A DNA stretch of 61,756 nucleotides, the filler included, from Choristocarpus tenellus KU-1152 (taxonomy: Eukaryota; Protista; Phaeophyceae), in NCBI GenBank assembly GCA_964200185.2. It is 11 parts of 11 records of this genome, joined end to end, with 100 filler letters (N's around TTAATTAATTAA, not from the genome) between each part and the next. Parts side by side here need not be neighbours in the genome. Positions count along the whole stretch, not along the records: positions 1 to 6,649 come from CAXNAD020007667.1; positions 6,750 to 13,705 come from CAXNAD020006976.1; 9 more parts are not named here. One strand, given 5' to 3'. This document shows positions 1-10,050 of this stretch, piece by piece; position 1 is the stretch's first letter, and each line of letters begins with the position of its first letter. Below the pieces are notes generated by a model. The model was not told the DNA's origin, searched no databases, and worked only from the letters and a program-made list of their open reading frames with translations. The position numbers and the translations under genes are program-made.

Positions 1-1137
1 GGGAGGAGTGTAGGGTTCCAGCGGATACTGACAGAGCAGGGCATGGAGTGACTGACGCAAGACCCCCCCCCCCGCGCACGCCCAAGAGCAACAGGATTGC
101 TGAGCGGGCAATCAAACAGGTGATGCAAGTGGTGTGCAGCCAGCTGATCCCGGTTGGACTGGGGAAGGAGTTCTGGTTTATTGTGGTTGCAGACGCTACA
201 TACAAGACCACAGGCATGCTATACGAGTACTCGCCGACACCATGTGAGCGCCTGACCAGTAAGCCATTCAACTATAAGCGACTCCGTGTGTTCGGGACGG
301 AGTGCTTCGTGGATTAGACCAAATAACAGCACGGCGCCAACGTCAAGTTCCACCCCTACGCGAAGCGGGGGATCCTCGTCGGGTACAACAGGGCATCACT
401 GTGCTGGCAGGTGTCGATCCCGCAGGAAGGTAAGCTGGTGACCTCCGCACAAGTGAAGTTCCAGCCTGAAGCCGAACTGCTGGGACTGGTGGGGGAGCCA
501 GAGTTGGACATACTGGGGAAGTCGGAGCACGACGACGACATGAACATGGATAACGAAGGCAAAGAGGAAGCGTCCGCAACAGGCAGTGAGGCATACACGA
601 CTGGGCACGCGGGTGGGAGCATTGGGCTTGGGACTCAAGATGCAAAGCACTCAGCACCTCATCAAAGTCAATAGATTTCTCCCAGGATGGGACAATGCCA
701 GTGCATGGATAGGGCCACGTAGATAGGAGCCAAGCGCTTGGCCCCACATTCTGGACAGCGGGCATCTTCCTGGCTGGAGCAGCGCCAACGGGTGGACTAC
801 ACATCCCAGCTGTACGACCTGGAGGGGGGTGAAGACACAGACATGAACCGCTACGTGTCAACCCTCATACAGCAGAACGACGTCAACATGTATTGCCTTA
901 CTGGTCTCATGGGGGAGGTGGCAACAGGTGCAGACGAGCCGTCTACAACAAAGGAGGCCTTGAGGGGGTCGGATGGAGAGCAGTGGCAGGAGGCCATGGA
1001 GAACGAAATGACAGGGCTATCGCAGAAGGGGACGTTTGGCGACAAGGCCCTGCTCCAAAGGAGGAAGGCGATCAAGACGCGATTCGTTTTCAAAATCAAG
1101 TGCTCCACGTACAGGACAGTGGAACGCTGTAAGGCGC
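1..1137 (+). mobile_element. Ty1/copia pol fragment (integrase core/C-terminus into RT N-terminus), decayed
   Basis: Integrase-type PRTPKSNRIAERAIK...FWFIVVADATY...LRVFGTECFV, then EPSTTKEAL...WQEAMENEM...IKTRFVFKIK...ERCKA (copia RT start). INT-before-RT order. Contains stops and frameshifts. Confidence 0.9.
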
Positions 1138-1251
1138 AATAGTTAACGAGGCAGAGCACCCCCCCACCTCGAGGGATGGTGCTCACTCCGCTAATAAATT
1201 TATTCATACCACATAAAGCAAAAACTCTATTCGAACAGGTCCTTTTGCACA
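1135..1251 (+). repeat. 3' part of copia LTR, fused to RT via a GCG microhomology
   Basis: Matches about 5955-6071 and ends ...CTTTTGCACA. Confidence 0.85.
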
Positions 1252-2318
1252 GTCCAATTCCTTATCAACGTTCTAACACCTTTCTTAGGAAAACTAACGG
1301 TTCGATTACTAGGTTGGATATAAATTTACGCACAAGATTTACCATACCTAGGACAGATCGAAGTTCTTCGATAGTGGTGGGTTTAGGTAATTCAGTGATG
1401 GCACAAACCTGATCTTCACCGATATGAATCCCTTCAGACGACAAGACGTGACCCAGATAGACAGCGTCTATAGGTCCAAATTGGATCTGTGACGGTTTGA
1501 ATTGCTGCTCTACTAAGTGCAAATTGCCTTCCCATTTGGGAGAGCAATCAAATCATCCATATAAACCAGCAAACCACCAAGTGACCCAAAGTTGGCAAAG
1601 GCTTTAACTATGTACTTTGAAACTGCCAGAGAGCATTTGACATCCCAAACGGCATCCTTTTAAAAACATATTTGCCCCTGGAGGTGATCTTCAGCAACTG
1701 GAATTTGCCAAATACCTCTGAGTATCACAAACGGTTATGAATTTAACACCACTCACGGTATCAATATGAGACTCCATATCAGGCATAGGCCAAGTCTGTC
1801 AAACGAGGTGTTAATCATCAAACGTAGTCTACACAGAAACGTGGGAAACTATCAGATTTGGCCACAATGATAACAGGACTAGCCCAAGGGCTGGCACGTT
1901 TTTCAGTGATGCCTTTCTCTTCCATAGCGTTAACACACAAGTCAATCACTTATTGAGTATGGGGGTTTGCTCTGTACAGGTTCCTATCTATCAACAGACT
2001 TGGAATCAGGCTCTATAGGAATTGCTGCTTCAGCTCGAGTACATCTGCCCAGTTCTATAGCATTCAATGAAAATACCCATCTATATCGTGCACAGGGGTC
2101 AAAACATTGAGAGACTTGTGACTGATTGAACGTGGTACCTTCGAACGTGTTTGTCTTACTGATAACTTTATGTAATTCCTCTCCAGCTTTACTGAACGAG
2201 GCAGAATCAGTATTCAGAAGACTGACAGTGGGTGGCGTCTGATCAGAAATCGGGGTTAAGTGGCCAATACAAGATGCCTCTTGATACGAAAAATATGTGG
2301 AGTTGGGTTTGCCAATTG
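1252..2318 (-). mobile_element. Ty3/gypsy pol (RT) fragment, decayed
   Basis: Minus-strand motifs SPWASPVIIVAK, PRFCVDY, RMPFG, VYMDD (~1553-1567), YLGHVLS...PKPTTIEELRSVLGMVN. Confidence 0.88.
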
Positions 2319-2668
2319 TGTGCAAAAAGAGCTGTTCGAATCGAGTGTTGCTTTGTGTGGTATGGATGAATTAATTAGCAGAGAGAGCACCATTCCTCGA
2401 TGGGGGGGGTGCCCTGCCCCGTTACCTACTACTGCGCACGTCAGCAGACATGTCAGAACGTGTCTGTGTCAGTCGTCCTGCGTCAGTCGTAGGTGTGTCA
2501 GTCATGCAGTGTCAGCAACTTACATTAAACAAAGAGAAACCAGCCCGACGAGATTCAAACCCATTGCTCTGACTTTGTAGAGTCAAGCCACTCAGCTAAC
2601 ATTCTTGTTTCATGCTACTGGCTACCAAACACATAAGAAACCTATAGACTACCAGGCTATATTGCATA
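2319..2668 (-). repeat. Copia 3' LTR (350 bp), preceded by polypurine tract 2669-2675
   Basis: On the minus strand reads TATGCAAT...TTTGCACA, directly after the RNase H end and GAGAGAG; homologous to 4866-5248 and 5694-6071. Confidence 0.9.
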
Positions 2669-2675
2669 CTCTCTC

Positions 2676-3022
2676 ATGAGCGTGCGGCAAAGTTGCTGAC
2701 AAAAGCTCACCCCAGACGCGAAAGCACGGAATGCACAAAATCAGAAGTAAGGCCCTTGCGCAAGAACTTGGTCAAACTGTCGGCCAGCTGTTTTGATGTT
2801 GGAATGAATTGTACATGGAACAGACCCTGGTCCATGTATTCTCTGGTGCACTTGAGCTTCATGTCCACATGCTTGGTTCTCCCGCTGAAACCTGTGATTT
2901 TGCCCAACTGGATAGCACCGCGGTTGTCACAGAACCAGGAATTCTGTTCCTGCAGTTCGCCAATCTCCACCAGAATGCCTCGAAGGAAAATGCAGTGGCG
3001 TATGTTATATGCCATTGCCGTC
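2676..3022 (-). mobile_element. Copia RNase H C-terminal fragment
   Basis: FCDNRGAIQLG...RTKHVDMKLK...VQFIPTSKQLADSLTK motif set. Confidence 0.92.
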
Positions 3023-3026
3023 CCCT

Positions 3027-3591
3027 GTGGCAACAGGTGCAGACGAGCCGTCTACAACAAAGGAGGCCCTGAGGGGGCCGGAAGCAGAGCAGTGGCAGGA
3101 GGCCATGGAGAAGGAAATGGCAGGGCTATGACAGAAGGGGACGTTTGGTGACAAGGCCCTGCCCCAAAGGAGGAAGGTGATCAAGATGCGATTCGTCTTC
3201 AAAATCAAGCGCTCCGTGGACGGGACGGGATGGTGGAACGCTGTAAGGCGGGACTTGTGGCCCGCGACTTCACCCAAAACGCAGGTGTGGACTTCTTCGA
3301 AACCCTCAGCCCGGTGGTGGGGTACAACAAACTACGGTGCATCATGTCCGTCGCAGCGTACAGAGGTTGGAACATCGACGCCCTGGACTTCACACAGGCC
3401 TACCTCAATGTAGAATCTACAGGAGAACGTCTGGCTGGAGCTTCTGGACGGTCGCACCGCACCGTCAAGGCAGAGAGAACGCAATCTATGGACTGAAGCA
3501 GTCAGCCATGGAATGGTATCACGCAGGAGATCCAGCGGATGAGCATCGCTGCTGGAAAGTACGAGGGGGGGGACCTAGGCAGCCCGGACAA
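3027..3591 (+). mobile_element. Copia RT fragment, decayed
   Basis: ERCKAGLVARDFTQNAGVDFFETLSPV...LDFTQAYLN...AIYGLKQSAMEWY; near-duplicate of about 917-1137. Confidence 0.9.
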
Positions 3592-4457
3592 GCGTGAAGT
3601 TCCCAGTTGTGGCAGTGTCGTCCACGTATGTGGTAAGGATGGCGATGCATCCGTCTTCACTCTTCCTGAAGTAGAGGCACTCGTCGTGTTGGCTGCTCGT
3701 CCACCCTTCTTTTAGAATGGTGCCGCATAGCTGGTGATACCATTCCATGGTTGACTGCCTCAGCCCATAGATTGCCTTCTTTGCCCTGACAGTGCAGCAT
3801 CAGCAAGCTCCAACCAGACGTCCTCCTGCAGGTCTCCGTTGAGGTAGGTCTGTGTGAAGTCCAGGACATCGATGCTCCAACCTCATTATGCTGCGACGGA
3901 TATGACGCACCGTAGTATGTTGTACCCCACCACCGGCTGAAGGTTTTGAAGAAGTCCACACCTGCTTTTTGGGTGTAGCTGCGGGTCACAAGTCGTGCCT
4001 TACAGCGTTCCACCGTCCTTGATTTTGAAAACGAATCGCGTCTTGATCGCCTTCCTTCCTTGGGGCAGGGCCTTGTCGCCAAACGTCCCCTTCTGCCATA
4101 GCCCTGCCATTACCTTCTCCATGGTCTCCCACCCACTCAAGGTCTCCTTTGTTTTAGACGGCTCGTCGGCACCTGTTGCCACCTCCCCCATGAGACCAGT
4201 AAGGCAATACATGTTGACGTCGTTCTGCTGTATGAGGGTTAACACGAGGTGGTTCATATCTGTTTCCTTACCCCCTTCTAGGTCGTACAGCTGGGATGTA
4301 TAGTCCACCTGCTGTCGCTGCTCCAGCCAGGAAGATGCCCGCCGTCCAGAGTATGGGGCCAGGCGCTTGGCCGCTATCTGCGCTGCCCTATCCATGCGCT
4401 GGCGTTGTCATATCCTGGGAGAAATCTCTTGACTTTGATGGAGTGCTGAGCGCTTTA
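3592..4457 (-). mobile_element. Copia INT-RT linker and RT fragment including the YVDD catalytic motif
   Basis: Reverse-complement homolog of about 644-1137 and of 3027-3520; ILTTYVDD with YVDD at 3617-3628. Confidence 0.9.
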
Positions 4458-4458
4458 T

Positions 4459-4860
4459 ATACCAAGCTTCAAGGTACCGTCACCCTTTCTAGCTCGGAAG
4501 CAGAGTAGATAGTAATGGCATAAGTACGGCATGCGTCACTGCATTTTCCTTCGACGCATTCTGGGGGAGATCGGCGTACTAAAGAACCAGAGTCCCTGGT
4601 TCGTTGACAACCGTGGTGCTATCCAGGCAGGCAGCATCACTGGTTTCAACGCGAGAACCAAGCACGTGGACATGAAGCTCAAGTGCACCAGACAATACGT
4701 TGACCAGGGTCTATTCCACGTAGAATACGTTCCAACATCAAAACAACTGACTGACATTTTGACAAAGTCTTTGGGCAAGAGCCTTACTTCTGATTTTGTG
4801 CATTCCGTGCTTTCGCGTCGAGAGAGAGCTTTTGTCAGCAAATTTGCTGCACGCTCATGA
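4459..4860 (+). mobile_element. Copia RNase H fragment
   Basis: KLQGTVTLSSSEAE*...VDNRGAIQ...RTKHVDMKLK...KQLTDILTKSL. Confidence 0.92.
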
Positions 4861-4865
4861 GGGAG

Positions 4866-5248
4866 TGTGCAATATAGGCTGGTAGTTTATAGGTTCTTAT
4901 GGGTTTGGTAACTAGTCTGTAACAGAAATGTCTACTGAGTAGATAAATTGTCAATCACTTGTTTCCGTACGTTAGAGTAACAGGTTCTAATCTCGGTTGT
5001 TCGATTTCTTATTGGTGTTTAATTTAAGTAGCTGAGACAGGACGATTTAAAAAGAACGAGTTACCTAGTACTAGTGACGTAGAACGAGTGACGTAGTGCG
5101 ACTGACACACTCTCGCTTGTCTGTTGACATGCACAATTAATAACGAAGCAGAGCACTCCCCCACATCGAGGGATGGTACTGACTCCGCTAATAAATTCAT
5201 TCATACTACATAAAGCAAAAACTCTATTCGAGCAGCTCTTTTTGCGCA
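4866..5248 (+). repeat. Copia 3' LTR (383 bp) after PPT GAGGGAG (4859-4865)
   Basis: Termini TGTGCAA...TTGCGCA (TG..CA with short inverted repeat). Confidence 0.9.
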
Positions 5249-5634
5249 GTGGTGGTGGAAATTTGCACACCGCCCCAAACCCGTGGGGGCGCTTAGCAGG
5301 AGGTTGGCCATCCAAGTACGAGTGGCACTCTTTCCATCTGTGGTTGAATTGAGACAGAAAGCACATTGGTGGGACTGAGGCCGCTCCCCGACTCCTGTCT
5401 CCGTGTCGGTGTCTGACAGCGTTTTGGAGTTGGTCATAGCTGAGGTCTGGAGCTGTGGACAGCATTGCAAGCACCTGTGGCACGCTGTCCCTGATCTCTA
5501 TAATCAGAGTCCACTTCTTGGCGTGGTCCTCCTTAACCATCCACAGATGCTCGTACTCTGTCCAAAAGTGATCGAGATGGATGACAAAGTCAGCAGCGTC
5601 CTCCACTGACGAGCAGTACATGTCGCGCAGCATC
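5249..5634 (-). mobile_element. Copia gag C-terminal fragment with frameshifted CCHC zinc knuckle
   Basis: DMYCSSVEDAADFVIHLDH matches the plus-strand gag at about 6490-6560; CAFC...NHRWKEC is split across frames. Confidence 0.8.
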
Positions 5635-5693
5635 TGTGCAAAAAAGAGAGCTGTTCGAATGGAGGTTTTGCTTAATGTAGTACGGACGAAATT
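5635..5693 (-). repeat. 3' end of a copia LTR, interrupted by the next LTR
   Basis: TGTGCAAAAAAGAGAGCTGTTCGAAT is the reverse complement of the LTR 3' terminus. Confidence 0.8.
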
Positions 5694-6071
5694 TGAGCAA
5701 TAAAGGCTGGTAGTCTGTAGGTTCCTATTTGTTTGGTACCTAGTATTATGTAATGGAAATGTTGACTGAGTAGAGAAGCAGGTTCGAGTCTCTATTGATT
5801 AATTTGTTTTTATTTCTGCTTAACAAAAGTAGCAGATGCAGGACGACTGACGAAGCTACGACTGACGCAGGACCACTAACTCAGATACAACGGACGCAGA
5901 ACGAGTGACGTAGTGCGACTGACACATACACGTTCTGACGTGTCTGCTCACGTGCGCAATAGACAACGAGGCAGAGCATCCCCTCACCTCGAGGGATGGT
6001 GCTCACTCCGCTAATTAATTTCATTCATACCAGTTAAAGCAAAAACTCGATTCGAACAGCTCTTTTGCACA
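5694..6071 (+). repeat. Copia 5' LTR (378 bp)
   Basis: TGAGCAAT...TTTGCACA, followed immediately by PBS and gag. Confidence 0.9.
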
Positions 6072-6082
6072 GGTTATGAGCC
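6072..6082 (+). promoter_or_regulatory. Primer-binding site GGTTATGAGCC (complementary to the anticodon stem-loop of initiator tRNA-Met)
   Basis: Abuts the LTR CA end; its reverse complement GGCTCATAACC is the tRNA-iMet anticodon arm, the half-tRNA priming type of copia/Ty5. Confidence 0.85.
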
Positions 6083-6090
6083 TCACAGGT

Positions 6091-6649
6091 ATGGAAGCGG
6101 ACCCACGTAAGCTGCCACTATGGAGTAGCACGCGTGGGCATACATACAAGGGAGAAGTGGGCAGAACGGCGGATGGCGCTGGTGAGCTATGCGGGCGGGA
6201 AGGAACTTTACCGCATCCTTCAACCAGCGTATCACATCCCTGCACCTCCTACGGCTGATACATCGTTTGGGAAACGCAGCGCGTACGAGGAGTACATCAA
6301 GCATCGCGAGGCCTTGTGGTTCCTGCTGGGCCAGGGCACGAGGGGGACTGCAGCGATGGTGGTCAGCACCCACGAAAACAACAGCGGCCCCGACGGGAGG
6401 GCAGCCTGGCACGAGTTGGAGCAGATCTATGGGGGGCGTTCTGCGGTGCAGCGGCCCATGCAGCTCATAGCTCTCGAGACGAAGCTGGGGGACATGTACT
6501 GCTCGTCGGTAGAGGACGTTGCTGACTTCGTCGTTCGTCTTGATCACGTCTGGACAGACTACGAGCACAGCTGGAGGCGGCCAAGGAGAACCACGCCAAG
6601 AAGGGGGGGGGGGCTCTGATCATTGGCATGAGGGACAGCATGCCACCGG
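6091..6649 (+). mobile_element. Copia gag 5' part (frameshifted, truncated by contig end)
   Basis: Lies just after the PBS; DGRAAWHELEQIYGG is a typical copia gag motif. Confidence 0.8.
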
Positions 6650-9060
6650 NNNNNNNNNNNNNNNNNNNNNNNNNNNNNNNNNNNNNNNNNNNNTTAATTA
6701 ATTAANNNNNNNNNNNNNNNNNNNNNNNNNNNNNNNNNNNNNNNNNNNNTTTTTGTACTGCCATGGTCCGTACCCTCTCGAACTTGTCATAACTTACTTT
6801 AGTCATGCCCATCCTCCTCCCCCCCCTCCCCGTCCCCCCCCTACTTTCCCATATTATGATTTTTTTTTTCTTGTTGATGTTGTTAGGGTTATATCTTGAC
6901 CTGTGTATCGTACCCGGAGAGTGATGTCCACTTCAAGGTCATCGCAGAAGACGAACTTCCGTGAGAATGCAATCTTAAAAACGAGTAATGCCTCCTTGTC
7001 TTTTGGAGTGCTACTCTGAAAGTACGGAGTGGAGGCTGCTATGGCAGCTGCTGTAGGGTTACAGACAACTGTCGTGAGGGGTAGTAATTCGTGTGTGCTT
7101 CTATGTAACTGTGCGCATTCCAGCTTTGCCATACACATGTTTGTGGGAGCAGCGACAAAAACAGGTACAGGTGGGTATATAGGCACATGGTCGTGGTGCT
7201 GGCTGGCTCTGTCGAGGTGTGGGTGGGGGTATATACACTTTTGTGCTAAAGAAATGATATTGTCAAGTGTTCGACTTGTGCATCAAAATGGTACGTGAAG
7301 CCAAAGATGCATGGCGCTTCATTTTTGGTGAGATGGTGGTGAGCTCCCCTCCTGCTGGGAAGTAAGGGTGGGGTTTGCATGCAGGAGGGGGAGAGGGGAT
7401 ACTGGACAATTGGACGAATGTAATGTGATGCTGGTGACAATGTGTGTGAATGGGTTTCCTATGGTAGATTTTGGCTTATCCCCACAGTTCTTTTTCTCCT
7501 TTATCCTTCCTCTCGTGGTTGATGGTACATAGCATTGGTAGTATGTTTTTTGTCCTTGGTGGGATTTTCACTGCCTGTTTTCGCAAGGGCTCTGTGATGA
7601 TTTCACAATGTGCTGTTAAAGACATCTTGGTGTTGAGGTGAGGGAGAGAGTGAGAGCTTGGTTGGGAATGGCTGAAGAGAGGGAGGGAGTACTGTTTAGC
7701 TGGAGGGAAAGTTCGACTTGTTCTTGAAAACCTGTTGAAGTGCTTTTTTGTTTGTTTGTTGTGATCAAGTGTGTGTGGTGTAGGGGACAGGCAAGAGATA
7801 GAGAGTTTGCAATACCAAGTTGAGAAAAGGTTGGGAGGGGTGTTTACAGGTCCTGTGTGAAGTGGGTCTTTTTTTGTTGAAGTCAGCAGTAGTGCTAAGA
7901 GTAGCAATCAAGGTGTTTCAAGTAAGAATCCTTGGCACTTTTGCTGTAGTTCGTTTCATGGGGAAAATCGGGTGTTGTTGAGTGGATTGTAAGCATTTTG
8001 GCCTGTAGAGATCTCGCCGATTTCCCTGGCATCTTGTGATTTGCAGTTGGCGTTATTGTCACATCTTGGGTGGGCTGGCCTAATTGTTCAATTCAGTTTA
8101 TATGTCTTTTGTATTCTTTGTGAGAGAGGAGAGAGGTGCGGGTCGAGGTCCCCTACCACGCTCTTGGGTCAATGAAATGTGCACTTTGGAAAGGGACCAA
8201 TGGGATGATGTCCCTTTGAGGATGTATGTGTTTGGGGGCTAAGGGTGGCACAATTTTGTTGATGAAAGAAAGCATCAGATAGTGATTCCTTAAGTTTTCA
8301 ATTCATCTTGAGCTCAATCTAGTGATAACATGAGACAAATATGTAGGTATGGTAAAGGGAGAGAGAACACCAACATGTGGATGAAACTGTCAAGTGAGGT
8401 GTCGTAAAGGGCCCCTTTCACGTTGTACCTCAGACTCTTCTCTAGTTGCAGTGAACTAACACTTTGATACCTTGATATGGCCTGTCCGTAAGAAATCTCA
8501 ATCGGAACTGTGCACGTTTTTCCCCCTTAAGGTCTTCTTGTTATAGTATCGGTGCATCATCGGACTGAGCTAACAGTGTGAGTAATCTCCTCCCTCTGTC
8601 AATGACCTCCGAATGTAAACTGTGAGTATGTACATAAATGTACTATACAGTGCTCAGTGTTCATCACCCTGCAGATAGGAATCATCAGGCGTAAAGGTTG
8701 AACTTGTCATGAACCTACTCCTGAAATACATTGTGTAACTTTAAAAGTATATATATACTAAAGTGCATGCAGAGGTGGTGGGTTGCAAACTCTACCCAAT
8801 CGCCTGCGAGGTTTGAGGTAGTGATTGATCCGCTCACTGACCTTGTGTCTGTTATCCTCATACACAAATCACTATCATCACACACTCTGTATGTATTTTT
8901 ACATGTGTGGAATTATTTGTGAGAAGCATTCTGTGCACGGCACTGTATTGCTTGCTGTTACATGGTCTGAATTGGGTGTGGAAATCTATGCCATGCCAGA
9001 GACCAGATGGTTGATTGAGTCGGCACCACTTTGTCTTCTGGACCGCCATTATCCCCAGTG

Positions 9061-9167
9061 TTACGATTTTTATGTAATTTTGGCTATCGCATAAAAAACC
9101 CATGAAAAGTCAAGCCCCAAGTGGACAAACAAGGCAAAACTCGTACCCTCTTAAGATACTTTAACTC
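9061..9167 (+). mobile_element. Partial copy (one TIR end) of the GAG-TIR MITE family
   Basis: AAGCCCCAAGTGGACAAACAAGGCAAAACTCGTACCCTCTTAAGATACTTTAACTC matches 37985-38039. Confidence 0.8.
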
Positions 9168-10050
9168 TGAAGGAACTTACATGATAAGTTTATGTGTAGG
9201 TATCTGAGACAGTTTAAGATGGGTGATTTCCCTTACAGATTAGGTTTCATAAATCGGTTCCATTTTATTGATCTGCAATTATTGAATGATCAAAAAATAA
9301 TTTTGTGTGATCGCACCTGACGATCCTTCAACATCACTCTTCATTGGCTGAAGAAGATGTGGTGCTCAAATGCAGTGTTCAGAACAGATAGGAAGAGGTT
9401 TGTGCTTCATCCTAGGGTCGTGTCAACTTCTCCGGTCCAACACCAATGCTGAATAATTAACAAATGAGAACCACAGTAAATAACGTTTCAAAGTTCAACA
9501 GGAGTGCTTTGATGTGATAATCCTGGAGGTATATAGCACGGACAGAGGACATGCTTCACAGTACTAGTTGGTTGCTGGACTGATTGCGTGCATGCAAGAT
9601 GTCTCGTGTACATTTGGCAAGGCAATGCAAGGCGTTACTGGTAATTTATTTGAAGGAGGTACAAGTTGACTACTTTTCAAGTTAGGTACATTGTTACCAA
9701 AATGGTAAAAAGTAATCTAGAGGGACTGCAGCTGTGCAGGTTGTGACATCTAATCCTATTTATGGGGGTGATACCTTCTGCGGGATATGTGGATTCGAGA
9801 CAGTTTGGATATAGCTCGTAGGCATTCTGTCTGGGCAATATTTTACGACAAATGCAGCAATACTATTATGGGACGAGTTTGCTTATCTCTACGATCACTA
9901 CTATTCCCTCTGGTCCGCTAAGACTGAAGCAACACTATAATATGAGTAGGCTAGTATGCCATACCCTAGGCTAATGAAGCCCTGGGAAAATAGAGTATGC
10001 TTATATATAGTTTGTCTTTAAACTCTATTAAAAATTTGTTGTAAAATGAA

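Noticed and set aside
2540-2610. Bona fide tRNA gene
   Set aside because: A/B boxes and one stem-loop are present, but there is no pairing acceptor stem or complete D arm, and it lies inside an LTR. Reported only as a tRNA-like module.
6694-6705. Recurrent TTAATTAATTAA palindrome
   Set aside because: Artificial spacer core embedded in Ns; not biological. Genes on different contigs cannot be treated as a cluster.
7300-8400. LINE endonuclease/ORF2 remnant (also about 38260-38780 and 39200-39760)
   Set aside because: Compositionally LINE-like with only a weak VVGDL motif; too degenerate to call without a search.
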